From Anaerohalosphaeraceae bacterium (GTDB lineage Bacteria > Planctomycetota > Phycisphaerae > Sedimentisphaerales > Anaerohalosphaeraceae): a stretch of 64,000 bases of DNA. This document shows, one piece after another, positions 1 through 10,815 of the stretch (position 1 is its first letter; each line of letters opens with the position of its first letter). Under the pieces are notes generated by a model that saw only the letters and a list, made by a program, of their open reading frames with translations, ran no database searches and was not told the DNA's origin. The position numbers and the translations under genes are program-made. The DNA lies in assembly GCA_963675525.2 (NCBI GenBank), contig CAXXSL010000005.1:98407-162406 (forward strand), written 5' to 3'.

Positions 1-489
1 GATTCAACTTTTGGAACGACATGTATGACTAAAGCAGGCGAGCCAACTGACAAAGAGAGCGGTTACATGGAATGTGATAGGACGGAGAGGTTTCTTATAG
101 CTCTTCTTGGTCTTGAGTTATCAGTTGAGAAGCCAGTAATTGGGGCCGCTGTATCTGTATTTTATGCAACTTGTTGTAAGTGTGAAGTGAAATATACTTG
201 GACAGAGGTTCCTGTAAGAGAGTGGAAGGGGAAAATTATGATGGATCATGGATTTTTTGGCATTGGAGAAAATAGAATTGTTGCTGTTGATTTTCAAGGA
301 TTGGGGCCAATTGTGCGTCAGGCAGTGAACATAAAACGTAAATTTTATATAAATTGCGAGGGCAAGAGAATTCCTTTCGGTTCTGAGGATTGGGGTTTTA
401 TGACCCCTGAATCAGGAGATTTTACGGAATGGCCAACCGAATCGTTTAATGTTGAAGTTTTCGAAAACCCTTTTAGCATATGGTTTTGA
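1..489 (+). CDS. 5'-truncated Cys-containing hypothetical protein, possibly a polymorphic toxin C-terminal domain
   Basis: Frame is open from base 1 (DSTFGTTCMTK...) to TGA 487-489. AT-rich and followed closely by a small membrane ORF. Confidence 0.5.
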   Translation, partial: DSTFGTTCMTKAGEPTDKESGYMECDRTERFLIALLGLELSVEKPVIGAAVSVFYATCCKCEVKYTWTEVPVREWKGKIMMDHGFFGIGENRIVAVDFQGLGPIVRQAVNIKRKFYINCEGKRIPFGSEDWGFMTPESGDFTEWPTESFNVEVFENPFSIWF

Positions 490-499
490 GGAACTGAAT

Positions 500-778
500 A
501 TGAAGAATAAGTTAAGGAACAGGGTAGAGTGCTATTTTTTCTGTGTAGGGTTGATTCTTTTCTTTTTTTCAAATGTTATTGCAAAATATTTATTTAAGCT
601 TAGAAGCATGGTGAGTGAAAGCGAGGGTAATGCAATTTATAGTCCCGTTGAAAATCCTATAACAAGGCTTACTGGATTATTAGCACTTGTAGCTTTTTTG
701 TTAATAATTGCGAGTGGTATAGTAGCTATCATTAGAATCTTAAAGGGGAGGGGGACAAGATTACGAAACGAGGGTTAA
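500..778 (+). CDS. Small two-TM membrane protein, putative immunity protein
   Basis: GAGGA RBS before ATG 500. Hydrophobic segments CYFFCVGLILFFFSNVIA and LTGLLALVAFLLIIASGIVAII. Confidence 0.55.
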   Translation: MKNKLRNRVECYFFCVGLILFFFSNVIAKYLFKLRSMVSESEGNAIYSPVENPITRLTGLLALVAFLLIIASGIVAIIRILKGRGTRLRNEG

Positions 779-779
779 T

Positions 780-800
780 TAAAGGTTCCCGGAACCTTTA
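780..800. repeat. Perfect palindrome TAAAGGTTCC-C-GGAACCTTTA
   Basis: Read directly; starts 2 nt after the stop of the 500-778 ORF. Confidence 0.8.
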
Positions 801-811
801 GTTTTCCTTTT

Positions 812-1117
812 ATGGGCGAAAGTTGAGTATAAAACCTGTGTGCCATGTAAGCCCCATTGGATATTCATCGCGATCTTGGGTATAATTGCCAAACATACAA
901 ATGGAAAAAACAGACGGTCTGGCACTGGTGTAAATCAAAAGGTTCATATGGTAGCATTGGTAACGAATTTGATGTTCATTTTAATTACGAATTGGAAGAT
1001 GGCCTTATAGATGCCACGATGGATTGTCAACGGGCAGCGCGTGAACACCCAAATAATCCGGGAGAACAGCCAGAAGGTGAACTTCCGGATGGCCCTTTGT
1101 TTTGGAGAATAACTTAA
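812..1117 (+). pseudogene. 5'-truncated Cys/Trp-rich ORF fragment, possible orphan toxin tip
   Basis: WAKVEYKTCVPCKP joins, via a frameshift near 855, the 857-1117 ORF. No clear start or RBS; lies between two palindromes. Confidence 0.35.
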
Positions 1118-1133
1118 AGGGTCAGACCCCTTT
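1116..1133. repeat. Palindrome AAAGGGTC-A-GACCCCTTT
   Basis: Read directly; overlaps TAA 1115-1117 and has the same AAAGG...CCTTT ends as 780-800. Confidence 0.75.
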
Positions 1134-1219
1134 TTTGGTTGATTTCCCATAAGATGATTGTCTGCATCTACTTATATTGTTTGTGTTTTGGCAATTTTAA
1201 ACTAAAGGGTATAATAAAG

Positions 1220-1718
1220 ATGAGTGATCAAAACAAATTCTTTACATTGACAATTCTTATATCGCTGGCACTGCCGGCGGGCTGTCAGTTTGCGTCGTCG
1301 ACTTCGGCGACAATTGCCTGTGAAAAATCCTGCGCTTCCGACGATCCTGAAATCGTCTTTGCCGAGACCGAACATGATGCAGCACAATTCGGGAAGATCC
1401 CGAGCGGGGCGGAACGGTCCTGCCGATTCGAGTTCATTAACGACGGTGGTAAGGACCTGGTTATCGAGAGAATTCACGCCTCATGCGGCTGTACGACGAC
1501 AGCGACCGAAAACACGACCATCAAGCCCGGCCATGCTTCTGAAATCTCGGTTACATATCGGGCCGGTTCTGCCGGAAAGACCAAAAAACAGATCATCGTT
1601 TATACAAACGACCCGGCCAGTCCCCAGGTTTAACCGGCTGTTTGAGGTTGAGGAAAACAGCGTCACTCCTGCCGAATACATCTATGAATTGAAGGTGGAC
1701 AAATCATCCTTTTCCTGA
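1220..1718 (+). CDS. DUF1573 domain lipoprotein (probable frameshift near 1630)
   Basis: Lipobox-like LPAGC and the DUF1573 signature FEFINDGGKDLVIERIHASCGCT...IKPG...YTNDP. Stop at 1633 or continuation to 1718. Confidence 0.75.
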
Positions 1719-1730
1719 TTTAATCACCGT

Positions 1731-2994
1731 ATGAAAAAAGCAGGTATTGTCAGCATTGGAAATGAGTTGTTGAACGGCCAAACGGCGGATACGAATACGT
1801 TCTGGCTGGCGGGGAAACTGTTTGAAGTGGGCATTCCAGTGGTTGGGGGTTGGACGGTTCCCGATGAAACGGGGCGTATTGTTGAAGCATCACCAACGAC
1901 GGCGGCAAAGATTGAAAGCCGCCGCTGAACAAGCGGACATCATTCTTGTTACCGGGGGACTGGGTCCGACCGATGACGATCTGACACGGGATGCCGCGGC
2001 TCGATATCTCGGCGTTGAACTTGAATTCCATCCCGATATTCTGGAGCAATTGACCGCCTTTTTTGAAAAACGCGGAAAAATGATGGCCGAAAAGAATCGC
2101 AGCCAGGCCTATATCCCTGCCGGTTGCGAGATCATGGAAAATCCCTGCGGAACGGCACCGGGGTTCTGGGGGCACAAAGACGGCCGATTTATTGCGGTAA
2201 TGCCGGGTGTTCCATCTGAGATGAAACGGATGTTTGATGAGCAGGTTGTCGGACGTATCCGGAAAATCCATTCCGGTCCGATCGTTATGTCGGGAAAAGT
2301 GCGTTGTTTTGGTTCGGGTGAATCCACCGTTGCGCAAAAACTGGGCAATCTAATGGATCGCGGCCGTAACCCGCTGATCAATTGTACCTGTGGGCACGGC
2401 GACATCATTCTGCACGTTGTCGCCCAGTCCGAAGATCGAAAAAAGGCCGCTGAAATGGTAGAAAGCGACAAAAAAATGCTTTCCGCACTTTTAGGCGACT
2501 GGGTTTACGGGTATGATGACCGGTCCTTGCCGGAGATTGTGGGGGATTTGCTGCGAAAAACCAGCCGAACAATTGCTACTGCGGAGTCCTGTACGGGGGG
2601 CCTGCTTGCGAAAATGCTGACGGATGTTCCCGGTTCCAGCGATTATGTGCTGGCAGGGTGGGTAACCTACAGCAATGAGGCTAAAATTAGGCAATTGGGT
2701 CTGCCGGAGAAGATGATCGCCGAAAATGGGGCCGTTAGTGAACCGGTTGCACGGGCGATGGCTGTCGGAGCAGCACAAAAATCGGGGGCCGATATCGGAA
2801 TCGGGATTACAGGAATTGCCGGTCCGGGCGGGGGAACCGATGAAAAACCTGTTGGGCTTGTGTATATCGGCATTGATGTTAAGGGCGAATGTTTTGTCGA
2901 AGAATGCCGATTTCCGGCGGTTAATCGGGGTTTCATCCGCCAAAGAGCCGCATTATCCGCATTAAATCTTATTCGTTTGCAATTGCGGATTTGA
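1731..2994 (+). CDS. cinA: Competence/damage-inducible protein CinA (molybdopterin-binding-like domain plus PncC domain), interrupted by a 22-nt insertion
   Basis: Motifs IGNELLNGQTADTN, TGGLGPTDDDLTR, AESCTGG, GAVSEPVA and ITGIAGPGGG. Removing 1890-1911 restores IVEALKAAAEQAD. Confidence 0.92.
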
Positions 2995-3019
2995 CGGATA
3001 TGATTTAGTTTGTTAAAAT
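2991..3019 (+). promoter_or_regulatory. Sigma70-type promoter upstream of pilB
   Basis: TTGACG-17 nt-TAAAAT with an extended TG. Confidence 0.55.
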
Positions 3020-3077
3020 AGTCCAATTCGAGGGTTTGCGGCATTATCAAATTTATATTTGTTATAAGTGAGCATTT

Positions 3078-4844
3078 ATGTCAAAAAAACGGAGACATTT
3101 GGGCGAACTCCTTTATCGAAAAGGGTATGTCGGTAAGGAGGACCTGATCAAAGCCATCAAAGATGGCAAAAAGACCAATCGTCGGCTTGGCGAAGTATTG
3201 ATTGAAATGAAACTGGCCACGGAAGACCAGATCTATGAGTGTCTTGCCAAACAGTTTGGTCTTGAGTTTGTCGATCTGAGCAATGTTGATATTTCCCCCG
3301 AGGTTTCCAAGCTTGTACCGGATGAACTTGTCAAAAAGCATCACGTTATCCCTCTTTCTCAGGAAAATGGCGAACTGAAACTTGTTGTGAAAGATCCGAT
3401 GGATCTGGATACGCTGGATTTGTTGCGTTTCAGGCTGAACATGGAACTGCGTTGCTGCCTTGCAAGCCCGACTAAAATTGACAATTATATCAATGAAAAG
3501 GGAGGTAGTGGAGGCGGTGGCGGAACAGTTGGTTTCGGTGATAGCGACATGGAGGATTATCGCAGCAGCATTGACGCCACGGCTGCTGAATTGGCGGCGG
3601 CCGGACATACCATTGAGGCCGAAGTACGCCGTGCCCAGGCGATGGAGAATGAGAACGAAGAAGGTCCGATCGTTCGGTTGGTGAATCTGATTATTGATGA
3701 AGCCGTTCGCATGAGGGCCAGCGATATTCACGTCGAACCCATGGCGGACCGTGTGCGTGTTCGGTATCGTATTGACGGTGTTTGTGTGGAACGCGATAAT
3801 ATCCCCAAGACCATGCAGGCCCCGTTGATGACTCGTATCAAAATCCTGTCCGGCATGGATATCGGCGAACGGCGTCTGCCGCAGGATGGTCGTATCAAGC
3901 GTCACATCGATGATCAGGATATCGACTTTCGTGTATCCTGCCTGCCCGGCTATCATGGTGAAAGCACCGTCCTTCGTATTTTGCGTCCGGATTCGGTGAA
4001 TATCGGTATCCAGGCGATCGGTTTTGAGTCGGATGATTATGAGCGCTTCAAAAAGATCATCAAAAGACCAAATGGCATTTTTCTCGTAACAGGGCCTACC
4101 GGTTCGGGTAAAACAACCACACTATATTCGGCCCTGCAGGAACTGAACCGGCCGGACAAAAAAATCATTACCGCCGAAGATCCGGTTGAGTACAATATTG
4201 CCGGAATCAACCAGTGCCAGATTCGCTCGGACATCGGATTGACATTTGAGTCGATTCTTCGGTCCATGCTGCGTCAGGCGCCCAACATTATTCTCATCGG
4301 TGAAATTCGTGACGGCATTGTAGCTGATATTGCGATTCAGGCGGCCCTGACCGGTCACCTGGTGTTTAGTACCCTGCATACAAATGATGCTCCGAGCGCC
4401 ATTACGCGTTTGATTGATATGGGCGTTAAGCCTTTCCTGGTGGCCAGTTCCATTCAGGCGATCATGGCGCAACGTCTGATTCGTACGATTTGCTCGGAAT
4501 GTAAGGTTATCAATCCGTCTCCGGATCCGCATTATCTGAGATTGCTGAACATTAAACCTGACGATCTGAAGCATCACCCTGTCTATAAGGGGGCGGGTTG
4601 CAATCGGTGTCAGGGAACGGGTTTTAAGGGACGTATCGCAATTTTTGAAATGTTGGAGATGAACAATCAGCTTCGTGATCTGGCGTTTGCCCGTGCTCCG
4701 GCAGGTGAATTGCGTAAAGCCGCCGTAGCGACGGGAATGAATACCCTGCTTGCTGATGGACGCGTTAAGGTGTTTAAAGGAATCACCACGCCTGATGAGG
4801 TGTCGCGTGTAACTCAGGCAGAGGGCTTGGTTTACGACGAATAA
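3078..4844 (+). CDS. pilB: GspE/PilB-family pilus assembly ATPase
   Basis: MshEN-like RLGEVL N-terminus, Walker A GPTGSGKTT, LRQAPNIILIGEIRD, TLHTND and tetracysteine Zn motifs. Confidence 0.93.
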   Translation: MSKKRRHLGELLYRKGYVGKEDLIKAIKDGKKTNRRLGEVLIEMKLATEDQIYECLAKQFGLEFVDLSNVDISPEVSKLVPDELVKKHHVIPLSQENGELKLVVKDPMDLDTLDLLRFRLNMELRCCLASPTKIDNYINEKGGSGGGGGTVGFGDSDMEDYRSSIDATAAELAAAGHTIEAEVRRAQAMENENEEGPIVRLVNLIIDEAVRMRASDIHVEPMADRVRVRYRIDGVCVERDNIPKTMQAPLMTRIKILSGMDIGERRLPQDGRIKRHIDDQDIDFRVSCLPGYHGESTVLRILRPDSVNIGIQAIGFESDDYERFKKIIKRPNGIFLVTGPTGSGKTTTLYSALQELNRPDKKIITAEDPVEYNIAGINQCQIRSDIGLTFESILRSMLRQAPNIILIGEIRDGIVADIAIQAALTGHLVFSTLHTNDAPSAITRLIDMGVKPFLVASSIQAIMAQRLIRTICSECKVINPSPDPHYLRLLNIKPDDLKHHPVYKGAGCNRCQGTGFKGRIAIFEMLEMNNQLRDLAFARAPAGELRKAAVATGMNTLLADGRVKVFKGITTPDEVSRVTQAEGLVYDE

Positions 4845-4884
4845 ACAGGACTTATTTTTCTTTATTTTACTTGGGGTTTGAATC

Positions 4885-6021
4885 ATGGCAGAGAAATCAA
4901 TGAATATTGATCGGTTGCTGGATGCCTGTATCAAAATGGGAGGGTCCGATCTTCATCTTGTGGTCGGTCGTCCTCCGGTACTGCGTATTTCAGGAAGACT
5001 TCGGTCTTTGGACACCAAAGTATTGGAACCGGATGATACGACGGCTCTGATGAAAAGTATTACGCCGGAACGAAATCAACAGGAACTTCAGGAAGTCGGC
5101 AGCACGGACTATGGTTTTGCATTTGGTGACGCGGGACGATTCAGGACGGCTGTTTTCAAACAGCGTGGCAATATCTCAATGGTTTTGCGTCTGATTCCGT
5201 CGATCTTTTTTACGTTTGAGCAGATTGGCCTTCCAAAGTTATGTACCGCTTTATGTCGTCGTCCTCGTGGACTTTTTCTGGTGACTGGACCGACGGGTTC
5301 GGGAAAAACAACAACTCTGGCAAGTATGATCAATTATATCAATGAGAATCTTGACCGTCATATCATTACGGTTGAAGAACCGATCGAGTATTACCACCAG
5401 CATAAAAAATCGATTATCAATCAACGCGAAGTGGGGCTTGATGTTACATCGTTTGCCGAATCGCTCAGGCGTGCCTTAAGGCAGGACCCTGATGTTATTC
5501 TTGTGGGCGAACTGCGTGATCTGGAAACAATGGAAGCGGCGATCAGTGCAGCGGAAACGGGCCACCTTGTGTTCGGCACATTGCATACCACCGGTTGTCA
5601 GGGGACGATTAACCGTATTATTGACGCGTTTCCGGTTACTCAGCAGGAAATGATCCGTGTCCAGTTGAGTACAAATATGATTGCCGTATTAAGTCAGACA
5701 TTGTGTCCAAAAACCGGCGGCGGACGTGTTGCAGCTTATGAATTTATGGTCGTGACACCCGCGATTTCCAACCTTATTCGCGAAAATAAAGTCTATCGTA
5801 TTGAGTCGAGCATTCAAATTGGTAAGAAATTGGGAATGCAGTTGCTGGATGACCACCTCTGGGAACTCTACACTCAAGATCTAATTAGCCTAGATGAAGC
5901 GCTGGATAAAGCCCGTAATCCAGGTGATATGCTTAAACAGGCAGAGGAACGAGCTGGTAAATCAATTAAGGGGGGTAAAAAATTGGATGATGATTACGGA
6001 CCGATTATCAAAACTTCTTAA
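4885..6021 (+). CDS. pilT: Type IV pilus retraction ATPase PilT
   Basis: SDLHL, GPTGSGKTTT, ALRQDPDVILVGELRD, TLHT and the AIRNLIRE-type motif AISNLIRE. Confidence 0.93.
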   Translation: MAEKSMNIDRLLDACIKMGGSDLHLVVGRPPVLRISGRLRSLDTKVLEPDDTTALMKSITPERNQQELQEVGSTDYGFAFGDAGRFRTAVFKQRGNISMVLRLIPSIFFTFEQIGLPKLCTALCRRPRGLFLVTGPTGSGKTTTLASMINYINENLDRHIITVEEPIEYYHQHKKSIINQREVGLDVTSFAESLRRALRQDPDVILVGELRDLETMEAAISAAETGHLVFGTLHTTGCQGTINRIIDAFPVTQQEMIRVQLSTNMIAVLSQTLCPKTGGGRVAAYEFMVVTPAISNLIRENKVYRIESSIQIGKKLGMQLLDDHLWELYTQDLISLDEALDKARNPGDMLKQAEERAGKSIKGGKKLDDDYGPIIKTS

Positions 6022-6224
6022 TGAACTTTTATACGAGATTACCACGACTTAATATGTCTTGTTAAGAAAAGGTACATGCCATGTGTCTATCTGTTTTAAT
6101 GTTTAATTAGATGAAATAATTGTTTTCAAGATTATATTTTGTTTAATATATGGCTATATTTGATTTTCATCTTTTATTTTACTAAAATTATTCTCGTATG
6201 CCGGGTGTCTAATTTATTTTATCC

Positions 6225-6253
6225 TTGAAATCGGGTTTTGTTAGACCTATAAT
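6225..6253 (+). promoter_or_regulatory. Sigma70-type promoter upstream of the second pilB
   Basis: TTGAAA-17 nt-TATAAT in an AT-rich intergenic region. Confidence 0.6.
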
Positions 6254-6303
6254 ATGAATAGATGAAAGCTTTTCATTTAAGGAAAGTGAGGGAGTATTTA
6301 ATT

Positions 6304-8057
6304 ATGGCAAAAATACCTCCAGTTAGTGAGCTTAAGGGTCGTTCATTGGGTCGCATCTTGATTAAGATGGGGCTTTTGACGCGGGATAAGGTCCATAAAT
6401 GTCTGGCGATTCAAAAAGACAAAAAGGTGGTAAGACACGTCTTGGACAGATCTTTCTTGAACAGAGTCTTATTAAACCGCGTGATTTGCGAATCGCTTTA
6501 GCCGGTCAGCGGGGTATGGAGTATGTTGACATTGGTGGCGTTGAAATCCCTCATGATATCGTTCAGCATGTTCCGGCCCAGATGGCACGTACGTACAAGG
6601 TGATTCCGATTGATTATGATAAATCCCGTAATCAGCTTACTGTCGCGATGGACAACCCGGATAATTTTCGTGCGACGGATGATCTGAGCACACTGATGGG
6701 ATTTAAAGTGGTTGCTAAGATTGCCGACGAGGATTCTATTCGGGCGGCTCTGGACAACTATTATGCGGAAGACGACGAGGGGATTAATGAACTGATCGGT
6801 GAGATCGAAAACGATCAGAGTTTGGCTCAATTGGCAGGACGGGACGCCAGTATCGACCTGGATGATCTGAAAGACGCAGCCGAATCAACCCCTGTCATTA
6901 AATTGTTGAACCTGGTGCTCATGCAGGCAATTCGAGATAAAGCGTCGGATATCCATTTTGAGCCTTTTGAAGACGAATACAAAATGCGTTATCGTATTGA
7001 CGGCGTGCTATATGAAATGGTTCCTCCGCCTAAGCATATCGCGATGGCTCTGAGCAGCCGTATTAAAGTTATGGCGAATCTGGACATTGCTGAACGGCGT
7101 CTTCCTCAGGACGGACGTATTCCACTGGTCATGGGCGGAAACCCTATCGACCTTCGTGTCAGTGTTTTGCCGACCATGTTTGGTGAAAGTGTTGTACTTC
7201 GTGTACTTGACCGTTCACAGGTGGACTTAAGGCTTGATATGCTGGGGCTCAGCGAGCAGGATCGTGAGACGACCGCTCAGTTGATTAATAAGCCGAACGG
7301 TATCGTTATTGTGACGGGGCCGACCGGTTCGGGAAAAACGACCACCCTTTATTCAGCGCTGAAAGAACTCAATACCATTGACCGGAAGATCATTACGACG
7401 GAAAACCCGGTAGAATACGATATTGACGGGCTGATTCAGGTTCAGATTCGGCCGGACATCGGTTTAACATTTGCCAAATGCCTGCGTTCAATTTTGCGTC
7501 AGGACCCGGATATCGTGATGGTTGGTGAAATTCGTGACCTGGAAACCGCTCAAATTTCGATTCAGGCATCCCTGACCGGCCACTTGGTTTTCTCTACGTT
7601 GCATACGAATGACGCTCCCAGCACGATCGCACGTTTATTGGACTTGGGATTGGAGACATTTTTGATCACAGCGACCATTGAGGGTATTATTGCTCAGCGT
7701 CTGGTCCGAAAAATCTGTGTTCATTGTAAAACAGAATTTCAACCAAGCGAAGAAATGCTGATGGAACTGAACCTAACACCGGACCAGGTGGGGGGCAAGA
7801 CGTTTTATTACGGCAAAGGTTGCGATCGGTGCAATAAAACCGGGTATCGCGGCCGAACCGGAATTTATGAAATTATAACATTTAATGATGAGATTCGGGA
7901 TTTGATCATGAATCACGCCTCGACAGCGATCCTGCGTGACGCAGGAATCCGCAACGGGATGCGAACACTGCGTGATAATGGGCTTGCGGCGATCTATGAC
8001 GGTATTACGACGATCGAGGAAGTTGCCCGTGAGACAATTGCGGCCCAGGAAGACTAA
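6304..8057 (+). CDS. pilB: Second PilB/GspE ATPase (frameshift near 6420)
   Basis: MAKIPP...SLGRILIKMG joins RLGQIF of ORF 6399-8057. Walker A GPTGSGKTT, LRQDPDIVMVGEIRD and CxxC pairs. Confidence 0.9.
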
Positions 8058-8104
8058 CAAATCAATTATATAAATTCCAGACTTTTGTTTGGGAGGGTTT
8101 AACG

Positions 8105-9361
8105 ATGCCGGTTTTTCAGTATTCAGCACTGGATTCCAAAGGAAATGAATCCAAAGGGCAGATCGAGGCCTTAAGCAGTAAGGAAGCGATCAGCAAGATA
8201 CGGAACAAGGGATTGTTTCCCACGAAGGTGCGCGCCGAAAACGCTGCGAAAAAGGCCAAGGTCGGGGAACGCGCGATTGCACCAAAACGCCGCGGCGCCG
8301 GCGGCAAGGTCAAGATCAAAGTTGTTACTCAATTTGCGAGGCAGATGTCTACGTTGCAGGATGCCGGCCTTGCGATCCTGCGTTCATTGCGCATTCTTGA
8401 GGAACAGGCCAAGAAAGGCACCTTCAAGCGTGTGATCGGCTACGTGGCTGATGATATTGAAGGCGGATCGACGCTGTCGGAGGCGATGGGCAAACATCCC
8501 AGAACGTTCAACCGGTTATTTGTGAACATGGTGGCCGCCGGCGAAGTGGGCGGTGTACTGGATGTTATTCTGTCGCGTGTGGCCGAGTTCATGGAAAAAT
8601 CCGAACGGCTGAAGGCGAAGATCAAAGGTGCGATGATTTACCCGTTGGTGGTTATGATCGTTGCGTTTCTGATCGTTCTGGGGTTAATGTACTTTATTAT
8701 CCCGGTGTTTGCCGAAGTGTTGTCGGATATGTCGGATGGCGAAAAAGGGCTTCCGGGATTGACGCAATTCCTCTTGAATATCAGTTTGTGGCTGAAAGGG
8801 CGGAGGGGGTTCAATATTTTGATCGTTATTTTAATTCCGGTGGTTCTAGCTATGTGCCTCAAATTGCTCAAGCAGTTTCGTGCCGGCCGCTATGCCCGGG
8901 ATTGGGTGAACCTGCACATTCCGATGGTTCGACAGTTGGTTTATAAAACGACGGTTGCCCGGTGGACCCGTACACTGGCGACGCTGATCAGTGCCGGCGT
9001 GCCGATCTTGGAAGCCCTGAACATCACACGGGAAACGTCTGAAAACGAGATCTATTCCCGGATGCTTGGCAGGGTCCAGCAGGCGATTCGACAGGGTGAT
9101 ACCTTTGCCAATCCGCTTCGGCAGTCCAAGACGGTGGATGCCATTGTGGTCAACATGGTCGACGTGGGAGAGGAAACCGGCGACCTGGATAAAATGTTGA
9201 TGAAGGTAGCGGACAATTTTGATGAAGATGCCGATGTGCTGGTGGGTGCTTTGATGAGCATGATCGAGCCGATGATGATCGTTGTGCTGGGTTCGGTCGT
9301 TGGAACGATCGTACTGGCGATGTTCTTGCCGATGGTCAGAATGATCGAAGTGATGATGTAG
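8105..9361 (+). CDS. pilC: PilC/GspF inner-membrane platform protein
   Basis: FARQMSTLQDAGL, AAGEVGGVLD, KGAMIYP, VGEETGDLD and three TM segments. Confidence 0.92.
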   Translation: MPVFQYSALDSKGNESKGQIEALSSKEAISKIRNKGLFPTKVRAENAAKKAKVGERAIAPKRRGAGGKVKIKVVTQFARQMSTLQDAGLAILRSLRILEEQAKKGTFKRVIGYVADDIEGGSTLSEAMGKHPRTFNRLFVNMVAAGEVGGVLDVILSRVAEFMEKSERLKAKIKGAMIYPLVVMIVAFLIVLGLMYFIIPVFAEVLSDMSDGEKGLPGLTQFLLNISLWLKGRRGFNILIVILIPVVLAMCLKLLKQFRAGRYARDWVNLHIPMVRQLVYKTTVARWTRTLATLISAGVPILEALNITRETSENEIYSRMLGRVQQAIRQGDTFANPLRQSKTVDAIVVNMVDVGEETGDLDKMLMKVADNFDEDADVLVGALMSMIEPMMIVVLGSVVGTIVLAMFLPMVRMIEVMM

Positions 9362-9490
9362 TAAAAAATTAAAGAATAACGATAAAATATCGAAAATGAG
9401 GATTCGCCCTGCGGGCGACGCTCTTTTGAAAACGTAAAAAGTACAGAGTGTGCTAATAGGAAAGGTCATTAAACTGTGGGGGACACGAAA

Positions 9491-10738
9491 ATGCCGATAT
9501 TCTTATATGATGCACTGGATGCCAAAGGCCATGAGGATAATGGTCAAATTGAAGCGTTGTGTGACAGAGAAGCGATCAGTAAAATTCGAAACAAGGGGTT
9601 ATTCCCCACGAAAGTCCGAGCTAAGAATGTTGCCAGGAAGGCCGAAAAAGTTGTGGCTTCCCGGCCGAAAAGACATGGTGTTGGTGGTAACGTTAAAATT
9701 AAAGCTGTTACAGAGTTTGCTCGCCAGATGTCAACGTTACAGGATGCCGGGCTTGCGATCTTACGCTCTTTGAGAATTTTAGAAAGACAACAAAAAGGAA
9801 CCTTTAAGCATGTGATCGGCTATGTGGCGGATGACATAGAAGGCGGCGCGACCTTGTCGGAAGCAATGGGTAAATATCCACGGTGTTTCAGTCGACTGTT
9901 TGTGAATATGGTGGCGGCCGGCGAAGTCGGCGGAGTGTTGGATGCGATTCTTATTCGCGTCGCCGACTTTATGGAGAAGTCAGAACGGTTGAAATCCAAG
10001 ATCAAAGGAGCCATGATTTATCCGGTGACGGTTTTAATCGCTGCTTTCTTTATTGTTTTCGGCCTGATGACCTTTGTTGTTCCTCGTTTTTCGGAGATAT
10101 TGACGGATATAACCGATGGTCAGAAAGGTTTGCCGAAGATCACACAGGTATTGATGGACATGAGCATCTGGCTGAGAGGTCGTTATGGCCTGAATGCCGC
10201 ATGTGTGGCGGCAAGCCCGTTTGTTCTGATTTTCATGCTCCGGTTGATTCGCCGGTTCCGCCGCGGCCGCTATACCATGGATTGGCTGAAACTGCATTTG
10301 CCGATTATTCGCAAATTGGTCTATAAGACGTCTGTTGCCCGGTGGACCCGGACACTGGCGACGCTGATCAGCGCCGGCGTGCCGATTTTGGATGCGTTAA
10401 AGATCGCCCGTGATACGGCAGAAAATGAAGTTTATTCAGAAATGCTTGATAAATCGTTACGGGAGATTCGGCAGGGTAATACGTTTGCCCAGCCGTTGCG
10501 ACGATCCAATGCCGTCGACGAGATCGTGGTGAATATGATAGAAGTCGGAGAAGAAACCGGCGATCTTGATAAGATGTTGATGAAAGTGGCCAATAATTTC
10601 GATGAGGAATCGGATGTTTTGGTTGGAGCCATGATGAGTTTGCTGGAACCGGTGATGATTATTATTCTGGGCTTGGTGGTCGGAACGATCATTCTGGCGA
10701 TTATGTTGCCGATCCTGGATGTTATGGGTAATTTTTAA
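9491..10738 (+). CDS. pilC: Second PilC/GspF paralog
   Basis: Same motifs and colinear with 8105-9361 (e.g. VARWTRTLATLISAGVPIL). Confidence 0.92.
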   Translation: MPIFLYDALDAKGHEDNGQIEALCDREAISKIRNKGLFPTKVRAKNVARKAEKVVASRPKRHGVGGNVKIKAVTEFARQMSTLQDAGLAILRSLRILERQQKGTFKHVIGYVADDIEGGATLSEAMGKYPRCFSRLFVNMVAAGEVGGVLDAILIRVADFMEKSERLKSKIKGAMIYPVTVLIAAFFIVFGLMTFVVPRFSEILTDITDGQKGLPKITQVLMDMSIWLRGRYGLNAACVAASPFVLIFMLRLIRRFRRGRYTMDWLKLHLPIIRKLVYKTSVARWTRTLATLISAGVPILDALKIARDTAENEVYSEMLDKSLREIRQGNTFAQPLRRSNAVDEIVVNMIEVGEETGDLDKMLMKVANNFDEESDVLVGAMMSLLEPVMIIILGLVVGTIILAIMLPILDVMGNF

Positions 10739-10815
10739 AACAAAAAAAGTATAAAATGAAACAACCGTTATTAAATAATTAAAAGCACTAATTAGTCTTT
10801 AGAAAGGATGAATCA

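Noticed and set aside
6405..6435. Programmed frameshift or phase variation in pilB2
   Set aside because: Short A-runs are present, but the window-wide indel background explains the break more simply.
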